NCBI GenBank assembly: GCA_024704765.1
Contig: JAKMXF010000177.1
Location: 310,001 to 374,000, forward strand
DNA from: Oopsacas minuta
Lineage: Eukaryota > Animalia > Porifera
Length of the DNA: 64,000 nucleotides
Direction of reading: 5' to 3'
Shown: in pieces, positions 1 to 11,453 of the stretch
Numbering within the stretch: the first letter of the stretch is position 1
Layout: the number at the start of each line of letters is the position of its first letter
The notes under the pieces: generated by a model
Told to the model about the DNA's origin: nothing
Database searches by the model: none
The model's input: only the letters and a program-made list of their open reading frames with translations
Position numbers and translations under genes: made by a program

Positions 1-2589
1 GTGGTAGTAAGGAGTTTAGAAACTCAGTTGGATATTGAACAGCATAATTCTGATCCACTACGGTGTCTATTGATTTGTAGGTGATATGTAGGTGATGTTA
101 TCACCTACTCCGAAAAATGCATTGATTTCTATGGGCGAGTTGTAAAATTCACATATCTTGTCCAAAAATGGTTCGATTCGAAAAATAATTCTTATTTGTA
201 GGAAAAGTTGAGTACTATTTAGTCGACACACAAAATTTGGTTCTAATCAGCCTAGGCATCTCTGAAAAAACGCGCGGATATACACATACACATACACTTT
301 GTTTATATATATATAGATTGTCATGATGAAATCCCAACATTTCTGAGTTATCTCACAGGCCAGTGTGTATATTTTTTGTAGAGAAACAGTTTTAAATCAT
401 TTGGTAATTCAACATTTTGAACATAGATTAATAATTAACGTTCTATATGGTTTCAAAGATTAAGCATTTGTTGATACATACTTACCAATTAGGCTAACGT
501 CATTTCGCTCTGAAAATTTCACAAATGTTGCTTTTGGAATCCTTACATATTAATAATACATTTATTCGGGTGAGAAAGTACCAATTTCATTTATTGGCGA
601 TTAAAGAATTTCCAATCAAAGTATATCACTTCCCTTTATCCCAGGTCAAAAGTAGTGATCAGGCCTTACCATTAGTAGGCTACGGAATATCAAATAATTG
701 TAATACAAAGGTTAACTTGTTCTTGACTTACAGTAAAGTCCAGGGATGACACATTTTCCCAATTAACAATTATAACTCTATAATCGATACTAGTTAGTGT
801 TATTGTCAAAATAAGATAGCCAATTTGTAATATATACCCGACTTCCCATAACTTTATAATATACTTTGAGATGATCTCCAAAACTATTGCGTATTGCGAA
901 AAATTATCATACGTGGGCATATTTACGATCACGTTAAATTGGTAAGAGATATTATATCAAAGTATATTATAACTTACAAGGGTATGAGAATTCGTGAATA
1001 TATTACAAATTAGCTAAACTCATTTGATATAATCAAGACTATTATCGAGTTATAAGTGTATATTGAGAAAAAGTGTTATCCCTGGTCTCTATCGTAGTCA
1101 AAAACGAGCCAACTTTTGTAATACAATTATTGATATTGTTATTTTGCATAAAGTATCGATAGATCATATACTCACTTTGAAATGAAAGATGATAAATTTA
1201 AAGTACGTTCTACAAGGCATCAAATAATGGCATAATATAACAATAAATGCTTACTTGACAAATAATTCCACACATTCCTGAATATTGAGCATATAATTAT
1301 TGATAATTTGTTGTTCTAAAACTGTGCAATACATCAAGGGGTAATAAATAAGGCTATATATTTGGTAATATTTGAAATTTATTATTCAACATGATTTGGC
1401 GGCAGGTATAACCTATTTTAGTAGGCCATGAATACATGTATTCGTGCCAAATACACAGTTTCTGTGATATCGAAATCAAATGGAATTTGTTCAATTGGGG
1501 TTACTTATCCTTTGTTCAGTTACTGTCAGGCCTTATACATAGTAGGTTATGACCATGTGTTATAATTCGATATGATATGATTGGTATTGAGTGTGGAGTA
1601 AGATTTTACAAGTCCAATTTTAGGGGAGCGGCATTCATCTACATACCAAGCTTAACAATTATACTCAAGAAGCGAAATCTCAGAATGATTCTGTTTGATT
1701 GTTAGAATATACTAACTTTTTAGTAGAAACGACTGTATTCCGGTAATGAAATGATTAAATGCATAGTTCGCATTCAAAAATCATTAAGAAAGTAATTAGC
1801 TAATGAATTTTTCCCAGAAAAAGGAAATATTGCTTAATACTATGAAAATTACCATAAACATCAAAACTAAGGCACAAAAATCAGAGTTCACGTAATAAAT
1901 ATGTTACACCAATGAAACTCTGGAAGCTGTTAACAAATTGGTAATTGAAAGCTAATAATTGACAATTTTCATAAGATATATAGGGTAGTTTAGGTAAAAT
2001 AATAAGTTTCACGAGGGGGCCATTGGTCGAGTGTTAATAGAATGACCCTGTTATGGTTTAAGAATGGCGATAATGTGATTTTTCGAATACAAAAGGTGAA
2101 AATTAATAAATAATTTTGTTAAATGCGTAAATTTAGTTCAAACTGGATCCCAGTATTGTCACATATACACTACAAAGCTTGTAGTGTATACCTAGGCTGC
2201 AAACAGGACTACTGCTTCACTGTAATGTCAAATCAATTTAAGGCATAAAAGAATAGTATATACGGTACATAATTGTAAATACGGTATGGTGGCGAAAAAG
2301 AGAATCAGTATCTTCAGTGATACAGTACGAAATCTTAGGCCAATTTCTAAAACAACTCGTAAATTTTCGGAGATCAGTACAACCTTAGTGGAGCTTGAGG
2401 CCCTTACCTAACCCACAGATTAGCTCTGATGCGCATATGAGTTTTTCCGGACAAATCTCGTGGTAGTGCAAAAAATCAAGAGATATAGATAGATTAGATT
2501 TGTTGCTAGTATTGCATAATGATGTTTAGTATCACATCAAATGGATTCACTGTAAAATATTGAATGGCAACCAAATAAAAGAATATTAC

Positions 2590-2997
2590 TTTTGGTAAGT
2601 GTTGTACTGTAGCATGGTGTAGAGCCGTACGACAGTCGCTATCTTTCTGATATATATCACAACCCTTGCTTATTAAATACTTTACAATCCGCAATCGTCC
2701 CAATTGACAAGCCCAATGAAGAGGGGATTTACTGTCAAAGTCTAGGATATATATATTTGATCCAGATTGCAAGAGTAATTCAAAACAAACAAATGAACCA
2801 ACAAAAATGGAGTATATGAGGGGGGTTCTACCGCATTCGTCCAAAACATCAATATCGTAAGAATTACTAGTCAGCAACTGCCTAAGACTGGGGAGATCTT
2901 GAGAAATAACGGCATCATGTAAGGGAGAAGTATTCTGTTCAAGAGAAAATAAGTTAGAGATTGATCTGTGAGAGGAGTTTGTGGCCGTAAATGACAT
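2590..2997 (-). CDS. Ankyrin-repeat protein, inversin-like N-terminus; probable first coding exon (gene continues leftward)
   Basis: ATG at 2997 (MSFTATN). Four ankyrin repeats (SPLHDAV, GRTPLIY, KSPLHWAC, RTALHHA), colinear with the inversin N-terminus as I recall it, ending QHLPK. Followed by a phase-0 donor AAA|GTAATA at 2589. I did not identify downstream exons. Confidence 0.75.
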
Positions 2998-3924
2998 GAC
3001 TAAATGAAGAACAAAGGTAATGTAGATAACAATTATGTGGGAGCACACACATACACACATATTAAATGCGCTTTGTATTTAATATAAGACCGTTGTTAGG
3101 ACGGGAGGCGGAAGGTGCCAAATAGCTGTCAGGCCATTTGGCTTGATCTATTGTAAAGTGGTCAGGTCATAGTCTGACTGGCCTGACCATTTACCCCGTC
3201 CCTGTTTAGTTAATTTAGTTGGAAACATGTTTCAGCTCCAGTGCACGCATTTCATTCGGCTACCACAACAATATAGTCATTATGTCGTCATTATTCTATC
3301 TTTTAATCAATGTAATTTAGCTTAAGTGTGTATAAACATAAACTAGCTAATAGTACAATAGAAAAATTTTCTGCGTATTCTATATTCAAATATCAAATTT
3401 GACTATAGTCATTTCCTAAAATTTTTATGAATTAACCCATTTTCCGCTGATACGTAACAAAATAATGAAATAATAATAATGAACATCCAGCCCGAATTGA
3501 TGCTCAAGTGGATCTCTTATGGAGCTGAGACAAGAATTAAATTGACAGTGGACTTAATAAAATACATGCCGAAGTGAGCTGAGGAATTTTTATATACGCG
3601 AAGAGCACATTCTAAGGTACATTTTAGCATATATAAAAAGGATATCGGACTTTTCGATTTTAAGATATACCTATGCATAAGTGTTTGTGCCACTTAGTGA
3701 TGTTAAAAGAATCTCATTGTATATTAATAGTCTATCGGAAAGATAATTCGCAAAGTAACCGATTAATAGAGTATAATCGGTGAATTGATAGTACTCTCTT
3801 GTAATTTGATTTATCAAATAGAAAAAAATTAGATAAAAGAATGACTAATAATGAGGAAATCCTAAAATCTTTTAATATATTTTTACTTTATCTCTTGCTT
3901 CTTGAAATATTACTTTAAGATCAT

Positions 3925-4045
3925 AAGCTATCAACCAAGTTTTCACTCAAACGTGATCCCAACTTCGTAACAAATAGTCCTGCCGCCGAGAAAATCCGTT
4001 CTGCCTCAATCCTTGTGGGAAGAATTGTATTCAGTACTTCCTCCA
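3925..4045 (-). pseudogene. hAT transposase C-terminal dimerisation-domain relic
   Basis: Minus-strand translation LNTILPTRIEAERIFSAAGLFVTKLGSRLSENLVDSL* matches the hAT PTSVxxERxFSxAG...RxRL motif. Confidence 0.75.
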
Positions 4046-4526
4046 TAGAAGAAATATTTTTAGATTTGTCCTCCAGTGACTTCAAATAAGGCCATTTCCT
4101 TTATCAAAGTAAAGAAAATGGCCTTATTTAAAGCCAAGGGAAGCAAATCCAAAAATATTTCTTCTGTAGGAATGCAAAATTTTTCTTCGGGGTTCTTAGA
4201 TAAGTTGTAGACTTTCGATTGTATTAAACCAAAGTGGTTTAAAATGGGAGTTAGTAAAGAATAGGTATTCTATCACCAGATAATCACATGCAATGCATTA
4301 TTCGCGAATAGGTTATCGTATCCGAATCGAATGGGAGAATCAAATTTCTTCTATGGCTTCTAGATTTCTGGATATGACATCATCACATATTATGATGACG
4401 TCACATTTAAAAATTATTTACTAAAACTCAGAAAAATACACTTCATAAGAAAAATCTCCTACTCTGTATATATACATACTATTACCCTGTAAAGTATTTG
4501 GATAATAGTGATATAGATTTAACATT

Positions 4527-5330
4527 TTAATGAATATATGAATTAATTATAAGTGAATCAACAATTTCGTCTATGGAAGAATCTAGTAGTCTATTTTCGG
4601 TATTATCCCTACAACACTTCACTTTTTTTGTGTGGCCGTGTTCCCCACACCTTTCACAAACTAAACTTGAACGAAATTGATTCAATACAGGGTCACTTTC
4701 AGGCGCCAGTCTCACGAAAATGTTCATTGCATTATAATCAAATGAAGACTTCCTTGCAAGAATCTCCCTATACTTTCTTAGTAACTTGTTGCATGCCTCT
4801 GATCCCTCTTTCAAAATTTCTTCTGAGTGAGTTAATACCCAGTGAAATGTTGGGGTAATGCTCGCCCAAGGTAATGAATCAACGATCATGAGATATGTAT
4901 CGGTACATAGATCACCAAATACCCCGGTGTTAATGATCCCGTCTGAATTGATTATTCGAAGAATAGCTGCCAAGTGCATATGTAGTTTTGAGTGTTTCTT
5001 TGTGTTCTGTTTCAACAACTGACAATACACACTCAATGTATTTCGAATCACAGGAAAATGTTCGACGAGCTACACTACCAGTAGAGTTAGTACCTCCACT
5101 GCATTCGGCTGATCTATCCTCATTCCTGTCTTTCCTTCAATCAGATTTCTGACAAATATCATCGAATTTTTTATCGCCATAGATGTCGGTGACCATGTAC
5201 ATTTTCCACAATTCAAATGATAAATTAGTAGATTGAACCACTTGAAAATGCCAGTGTACGAGTGTAACGGAGATACTGGAAGGATGTTTATTGTTGAGGT
5301 TGGTTAACGTGTTATATTACAACGTTGGTT
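4527..5330 (-). pseudogene. Transib/RAG1-superfamily DDE transposase, C-terminal half, two frameshifts
   Basis: Reconstructed: PVSPLHSYTGIFKWFNLLIYHL...GMRIDQPN/SGGTNSTGSVARRTFS...ITPTFHWVLTH (HxxxxH, 4827-4844)...EGSEACNKLLRKYR (catalytic E at 4797-4799)...ARKSS...SDP...CERCGEHGHTKKVKC. The order matches Transib and RAG1 core motifs. Confidence 0.8.
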
Positions 5331-5520
5331 TGAAGGAAGTGAGAAAACGAATCGCTGTTTTCTATTTCGCCGAAAAGTTGAACTGCATCAGTAGTGTGCC
5401 TGTTACTCTATTTTGCTGCAAGACCATCGGAAGCAACAGATACTAAAGAGAGTCGTCAACTTATTACACGACATTGTCTAGCCTTGCTAAAGGCTAAAGT
5501 ATACAGGTCTGATTCCTGTA

Positions 5521-5900
5521 CAGGCCCTTGAAGTTTATTTGTGTCCGCGGCTTCTAGATGCAGTGGCAATGGAGGAAATACCTTATGAATGTCATGCTAG
5601 TATATATTTAGATGCACTGAGAGCAATGAAAAGGGTAAAAGATAAATGCCTGGAGAAAATTCGTGAATTGGGCTGGATGGAAAGTATTCGTGTATTCATG
5701 GATGCTTGGACGCTACTTCTTTGCCTTGGTTTTTACACTCGCATGTACTATCTGATTACTACAGATAATATTTTCACCATTATGTGTCAATTTATGATAC
5801 TGGAGCTGATATCAGTTCAGAACAAAGTGGTGAGATGTTTCATTCTCATTTGCAGAGGATGTGGAATTTAAGATTCAAAAAAGAGAAAATAACCAAGCAT
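5521..5900 (+). pseudogene. Second RAG/Transib-related (Chapaev-like) transposase C-terminal relic
   Basis: LDALRAMKRVKDKCLEKIRELGWMESIRVFMDAWTLL, then after a frameshift FHHYVSIYDTGADISSEQSGEMFHSHLQRMWN (SEQxGExxH at 5817-5843). This resembles the SEQ/SDE-x-GE-x-x-H catalytic-E motif of Chapaev-like transposases. Confidence 0.5.
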
Positions 5901-6591
5901 CATATCCTCTAAGTTTAATCAACTGTATTGCGACCTATAACTACTATCTCAATTGGGATGATGCTATTGCGAATCACAAAAGAATTAAGTAGTTTGGGAA
6001 ACACACAAACAACTCATGAGGAGGCCAAGTTGATGGGCAATATTAACACCGAAGAAGATGATAAGTTTCAACCTCACTATTGGAAAACAGATAAATGTGA
6101 TAAGGATTAGTATATACCCAACAAAATTGTAGCCAAGTATCGAGATTGAGCTTATTTTGCATATATGGGTTTACATACGCTTATAAATAGTATATACAAT
6201 TATATATATATGTTACAGTAATTGTCTGGTTTCAGGAAATTCCTGAATTCCCGAAATTTCAGTATATTCATGAATTTACTAAATTACTGGGGAAAATCAT
6301 GGATTTCCCAAAAGGCCAGGAAATTCATGAATTTCCTTACAAGTGTATAAAGACATTAATAGTAGGAATTCACACAAAGTCAGAAAAGTATTATTTATTT
6401 ATTCTAATACATATATAATAAATGAGACAATAAGGATTAGCTTTTATACGTGTATGCAACTATCATGATAAAAACACATATCTTAGGATAGAAGTAATGA
6501 ACTGAAATAATAATTAAAACACATACACGCATAGTAATCAAACTATAATAATGAGTCAATGTACCCATTGATAATTACTTAATAGAACAGT

Positions 6592-9160
6592 TTAGGCTAC
6601 TCTGACACCCGAAATTGCACTGTAAAGTAGCTTATAGCATTTGCATCTATTGGTCTGGCATTTCTTGGAACCTTGACAGTTGCATTTAGTGAAGCCTTGA
6701 CCTCCTGTTGCAGATTCTGCAAACTGATTACGGGAATATAAACCTTTTAGGATTCCTGATTTCACTGCAATATTGTACTGATCTCTCTCATCCCTGTACA
6801 AAATGACTCCTTGAATGTTCCTGGGGTCTCCTCTTCCACGATCTACAGAGGGGATGGGAACAGCTACATTATCACCAGGGCATCCAGGTTTGAATTGGAT
6901 GTGGCAGCGCTGTACCATCCTCTCTGCTTGTGATAATTTCGAGGCACTGGCCTCTATCCTCCTTCTCTTGATCTCCTTCTTGTGCTCTTCCACAACTCCA
7001 GCTGGAGATGTTTCATCAGTTACTAGGTGAGGAGAGTGAAGGGGATGCAGGTATGACAGCTCAGGAGAGGCTGGTTGTTGAGATGATGGCGGGTCATCAG
7101 ATGACTCAGAGGAGGCTGGATGGTGGTCAGTAGAAAGCCCAGGGGAGGTTGGTGGCTGAGATGATGCAGGTGCAGTTATTAGAGCAATCAGATCATCCTC
7201 AGATTGCATTCTCTCAATGATCTCTTGTGGTAATTAAGAGGATGTTAATCCAGTATGTGCGTCACACCCAAACAAAGCAGAGTATGGGGAGCACTTAATC
7301 GCTGCATGATAGACTGTATTCTTCCGAAATTGAACAAACTTAATCCCAAAGTTTCAATCTTGTGTTCTTTTCAGAGATCCAGGCAACAAACATATCCTTG
7401 ATGTCACCATTGGCTCTCTCAACAGATCCTTGGCTCTGTGGATACCTGGGATTTCCATGAACAATTGTGGAGATCTTGCCACGTGTCTTTCAGTTCTGAG
7501 ATGACATGGGAAACAAACTCAGTGCCATTGTCAGTCTGAAGAATTCCAGGGGCCTTATTAACTAAAATTCTAAGAATTATTCTTAACTTAATTCTAAGTG
7601 TATTTCTAAGAATAATTCTAAGAATTCATGAAATATTCTTAGTTTTCGTTAAGAATTCTTAACTTGGCTATACTTAACGGATTCTTAGAATAATTCTTAG
7701 AATTAAGCAATTCTAAGAAAAATTCTTAGAATTGGGTAATTCTACTTGATTGATTCTTGCTATTGATTAATAAAATTTATGCCAATTCATTCGACTTCAA
7801 TCGCTTTTTGAGAAGATATGCGCATAGTAGAAAATAATATCCTTCTACTTGTATACTTCATTTATCATTAATGAGATAATTGCCCCACCCAATAGCGGGT
7901 ATTACAACATGTGGATATGATAATCAAACATATTGTCTTAAGCGATGAACAATCTTCTTTGTAAATAAATGCGTATTGATTATGATTTCATAGAAAAGTA
8001 AAATAAAGTATAAGTTAAGTGTCCTCTTTACCTCACTAAATATTTTTCTTAGAATACGACTCAATTCTTAGAATTATTCTAAGAATTGAGTCGTATTCTA
8101 AGAATTTGACTTAAATTAAGCAAAATTCTAAGAATTTGACTTAAGAATTTTAGTTAATACCACTTTTATAAATTCTAAGAATAAGACTTAAGTGTTGGGA
8201 AATTCTAAGAATTTGACTTAAAGTTAAGCAAAATTCTAAGAATTTGACTTAAGAATTTTAGTTAATAAGGCCCCAGGTGCCCCCAGGAGTAGAAATATGT
8301 CCATTAGATGATAAGTCATCTCACTAGCTCTTTTAGAAGATAGAGCTCGTATTACGCAAAATTTAGTCAGATGGTCCTGGTAAACCATAATCCACTTATG
8401 CCTATCAGATTTCAAGGACTGCATGTCAATCAAATCTACCTAACCCCTGGAGGCCTTTGTCAAAATAGGATTGACAACAACCCCTTTTGTCAGTGGACGT
8501 GTCCTCTTCTTCTGGCATTCCTCGCAGTGAGATTGGTAGAACTCTACAGCTTTGTAGGTCATGTTGACATACTTCTTGCTCAATTCCTTCAGCATTCTGT
8601 CCTGCTCTCCATGTCCAGTTGCTGTGTGGGCTCTCCTGAGGACATCATATGAGTCCTCAATTGTAGAGTAGTATAATTGGGTGTCAGTGTGAGCTTTAAG
8701 TTTTCGGATCAGCTTCTCAACATCGCCACACTGTAGAATTTCATTACTGTTAGAAAATGAATAAATAAAGATTATATAGTCAAAAGGGGATAAAATATTG
8801 TAAAATTACAATAATGCAATCTACAATAATTTTAGATTACAAAAAAGTATATAAATTAAAATATTACAGAATCGTTGCAAAAATGAAAGGAAATAATGTG
8901 AAATTCGGAGGTGTATCAAACACTATAAACAGGATGAAATTATCACAGAAATTAAATTAATTGAATTTAGAAGTCTGGAATATAGTGAAATATATACATG
9001 GTGGTTGGTTATATACATTAAAAATTACTTACTAGTCAACAGGTAAATTCCTTCCTAGTTTTGTTTTTCTCCTTGTCAGCAGCTTCTCTGACTTCCTCCA
9101 GTAGCTTGTAGTAATCTGATTTAGACAATAGCAACTCCTTCCATCCCCAATGACTCAAGC
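6592..9160 (-). pseudogene. KRBA2-like integrase/transposase (HHCC zinc finger, rve core, C-terminal Cys-rich motif) with one probable intron, MITE-interrupted
   Basis: SKSDYYKLLEEVREAA (exon 1); EILQCGDVEKLI; RAHTATGHG...CEEC; DLIDMQS...WIMVYQDHLTKF; GAP|GILQTDNGTEF across the MITE; RGRGDPRN; CNCQGSKKCQTNRCKC. Several stops and frameshifts. Confidence 0.85.
7551..8272. mobile_element. MITE with GGCC-starting TIRs and many AATTCTAAGAA subterminal repeats (PIF/Harbinger-related?)
   Basis: TIRs GGCCTTATTAACTAAAATTC / GAATTTTAGTTAATAAGGCC. CCAGG is duplicated at 7546-7550 and 8273-8277 (alternatively a 3-bp CAG TSD with GGGCC TIRs). Removing the element restores the GAPGILQTDNG frame. Confidence 0.9.
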
Positions 9161-9479
9161 ATAGCATCTTTATATGATTGCTCAGACCTGTTCAGCCTGT
9201 GAATTATTTCCAGGTAATGCTAACATACTGGATTACCCAGGATTTGCACCCAAGACCCAAACAAGTGAAGCCAACAGAGATCCAATCACTTTCATTGTGT
9301 GAAGCCACCATTTGATATCGCATGTAGTTCACACATTTACTAAAAGTACCAGTAACCATCAGCAAATAGCTGTAGTGATGTTCCCAATAATCCAGAAAAT
9401 ACATGACTTTCCTGGAATTTTGGGTAATTTAGTAAATTCATGAATTTCATGAATTCACATAATTAGTGTAACATATACG

Positions 9480-9517
<38 letters not shown>

Positions 9518-10184
9518 GTACATATATAACTGCAAAAAATTTATCACAATAATAAATCCAATAGCAACTATGATATTCATAAAAGGGGGGGGAACTAAGA
9601 AAACTATACATTTACCCAGATATAAATAGAATTTTCCCTATCGGTATTGGAAATCGTCGTTTCTGGGATTATATCATTATTTCTATAAATTCAGAATTTG
9701 GCGCTCTAATTGATTGTTTAATCGGATTGATTTACTGTTTCTAAATTACATCTATATATATTTTACACTTATACATTAGACATGCTTCGTATATTTTTAG
9801 AATAACTACAAGAGCGTCCTATAGACATATACTATAGTGTACATTGTGTGTAAATCCTATACATCAAGGTGTGTGGTAATAAGAATTTGTCCTAATCACA
9901 TCGATTGACCCTCCTTCGACGCGGCTAAGCGAACTGAGTCTGTCATGCCCATATCTACCCTCTATGCAAAATCTAAATGATCTTTAACATTAGTTTACTA
10001 GATCGGCTTCCGCGGTCTCTGAATTTTCTTGATATTTTTTATAAAATATTTCAGAAAAACAGAATGTTATCAGTTTTGTAATAATACGTAGCTATGCATT
10101 GATTCATTTACCATATGGTGTAGATCTCCGTAACTAGCCCAAATATTTCAGCTAAATTTTGAGAAATATCGTTTATTTGAATAA

Positions 10185-10655
10185 TGTGCAATCTCTATAA
10201 GTGGGATCTCAATAAATGGGGGACCTCTATAAGCGAGGCTATTTTGGTCCATCTCCATTCATTTCCATAGCAACGAACCTCTATCAGCGTTGAGTGGGGA
10301 ATGGTAGAAAATTTAGAAAATTATTCCTCACATCATTGAAAGTTACCTCTAAACTGGGAAATTCTAAGATAAATTTTTGAATACTGAATTTTTGTCCAAA
10401 GGTTGGAAAAAACACGTAGTGATGAATAGAAATCTTTGGGTTTCTATGAAGAATTTTCTGTGTTAACCAACACTTTAGAACATGTTAAAATACTCAAATA
10501 TCGGTGAAAGAAGGGTCGTTGGAGCATGTGGCGATACTTATTGACTCGAATATCTCTCGTTAGCGTAATTAACATTTGGAAATATAAATGGGAAATGGGG
10601 AGTAATCAGGAGATTCGCCGTTGCAACCTACCCCACTTATAGAGGTTCTACTGTA
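10185..10655. mobile_element. pogo/Tigger-type MITE
   Basis: Right end CCCACTTATAGAGGTTCTACTG|TA; degenerate left copy of the TIR (CTCTATAAGTGGG) near 10190. Confidence 0.55.
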
Positions 10656-10805
10656 GTTGACATAAACTACATCTTAATATATATCCTTAGGAATAACTAG
10701 TTTACATGCGGATAAATGATAATTTATTTATTAGGAAGTCATTTAATTCCTTAAAAGGATACCTAAGATAGTTTCAGAATCAACCGACTTCTCAATGAAT
10801 AGATT

Positions 10806-11250
10806 CATTGGCGTAAATCAGTTCGAAAAGTGGGGGAATGATGTATTATACTATTATTATCAATAAATGTATAAATTCAAGATTTAGTAATTGTGGTGTC
10901 AGAAGTACACAGGGCTTGAAAAGAAGTCAGATATTTTGATACTTTCAGCTTAAATGCCATAGAAAACGATTATAAAATTATTTTGAAAATCTAAAATGAT
11001 ATAATATTATAAATATATTTAATATTATAGTTCTGTTACAAATACTCCAATTATAGAATTCTATTGACATAATTATGACAAAGATTTGCTTTAATAGTAC
11101 TCGGAATATACTCCTTTAGAGTATCCTCTGACCCAAATGGGGAGGATATCCACCACAAAAAGTAGGGGGATATATGTATACAGCATCCCCCACCCAAAAA
11201 GGGGGGGATGATTGTATGGAGCACCCCCCATCCCGAGATTTACGCCCATG
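10806..11250. mobile_element. hAT-type MITE
   Basis: TIRs CATTGGCGTAAATC / GATTTACGCCCATG with a perfect 8-bp TSD AATAGATT (10798-10805, 11251-11258). Confidence 0.85.
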
Positions 11251-11333
11251 AATAGATTACCGTATCCGCATGCAAACGCATTATCCCCAACGTTTCAAAT
11301 ATAATGTAGGCATAGCCATCTCTATATTAGGCC

Positions 11334-11453
11334 TGTTGTATGACAGATTTACAACCATGACAGTTATACTACCTTACATGACAGAATTATTTCGCTTTGA
11401 TCATGACATGATATAGTATGACTCAACTCTTAGTTCTTATCACTCTGATAATA
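11334..11453. repeat. Terminal fragment of a second Ginger1 family (homologous to 27325-27492)
   Basis: GGCC|TGTTGTATGACAG... is roughly 90% similar by eye, with an indel, to GGCC|TGTTATATGACAG at 27325. Cut by the mariner at 11454. Confidence 0.65.

Larger units (their letters stand above)
6211..9473 (-). mobile_element. Ginger2-type (KRBA2/SCAND3-like integrase) DNA transposon, degenerate
   Basis: Termini TGTTACA (6211) and TGTAACA (9473) share the subterminal block TTCATGAATTTACTAAATTAC. TATA flanks on both sides (4-bp TSD in a TA run). Internal integrase relic. Confidence 0.8.

Noticed and set aside
690-932. ORF 690-932 as the next exon of the ankyrin gene
   Set aside because: A GTAAGT donor exists near 733, but no frame gives ankyrin-like sequence.
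4237-4526. RAG2-like partner gene or RSS nonamer next to the RAG1/Transib-like relic
   Set aside because: Only ~300 bp separate the stop from the candidate end, with no kelch/PHD ORF. Positions 12 and 23 nt after the heptamer-like motif do not resemble ACAAAAACC.
4553-4858. Plus-strand ORFs overlapping transposases (also 6815, 12272, 14520, 15349, 19693, 20064, 22431, 28415, 63062)
   Set aside because: Antisense shadows of transposase frames with no independent motifs.
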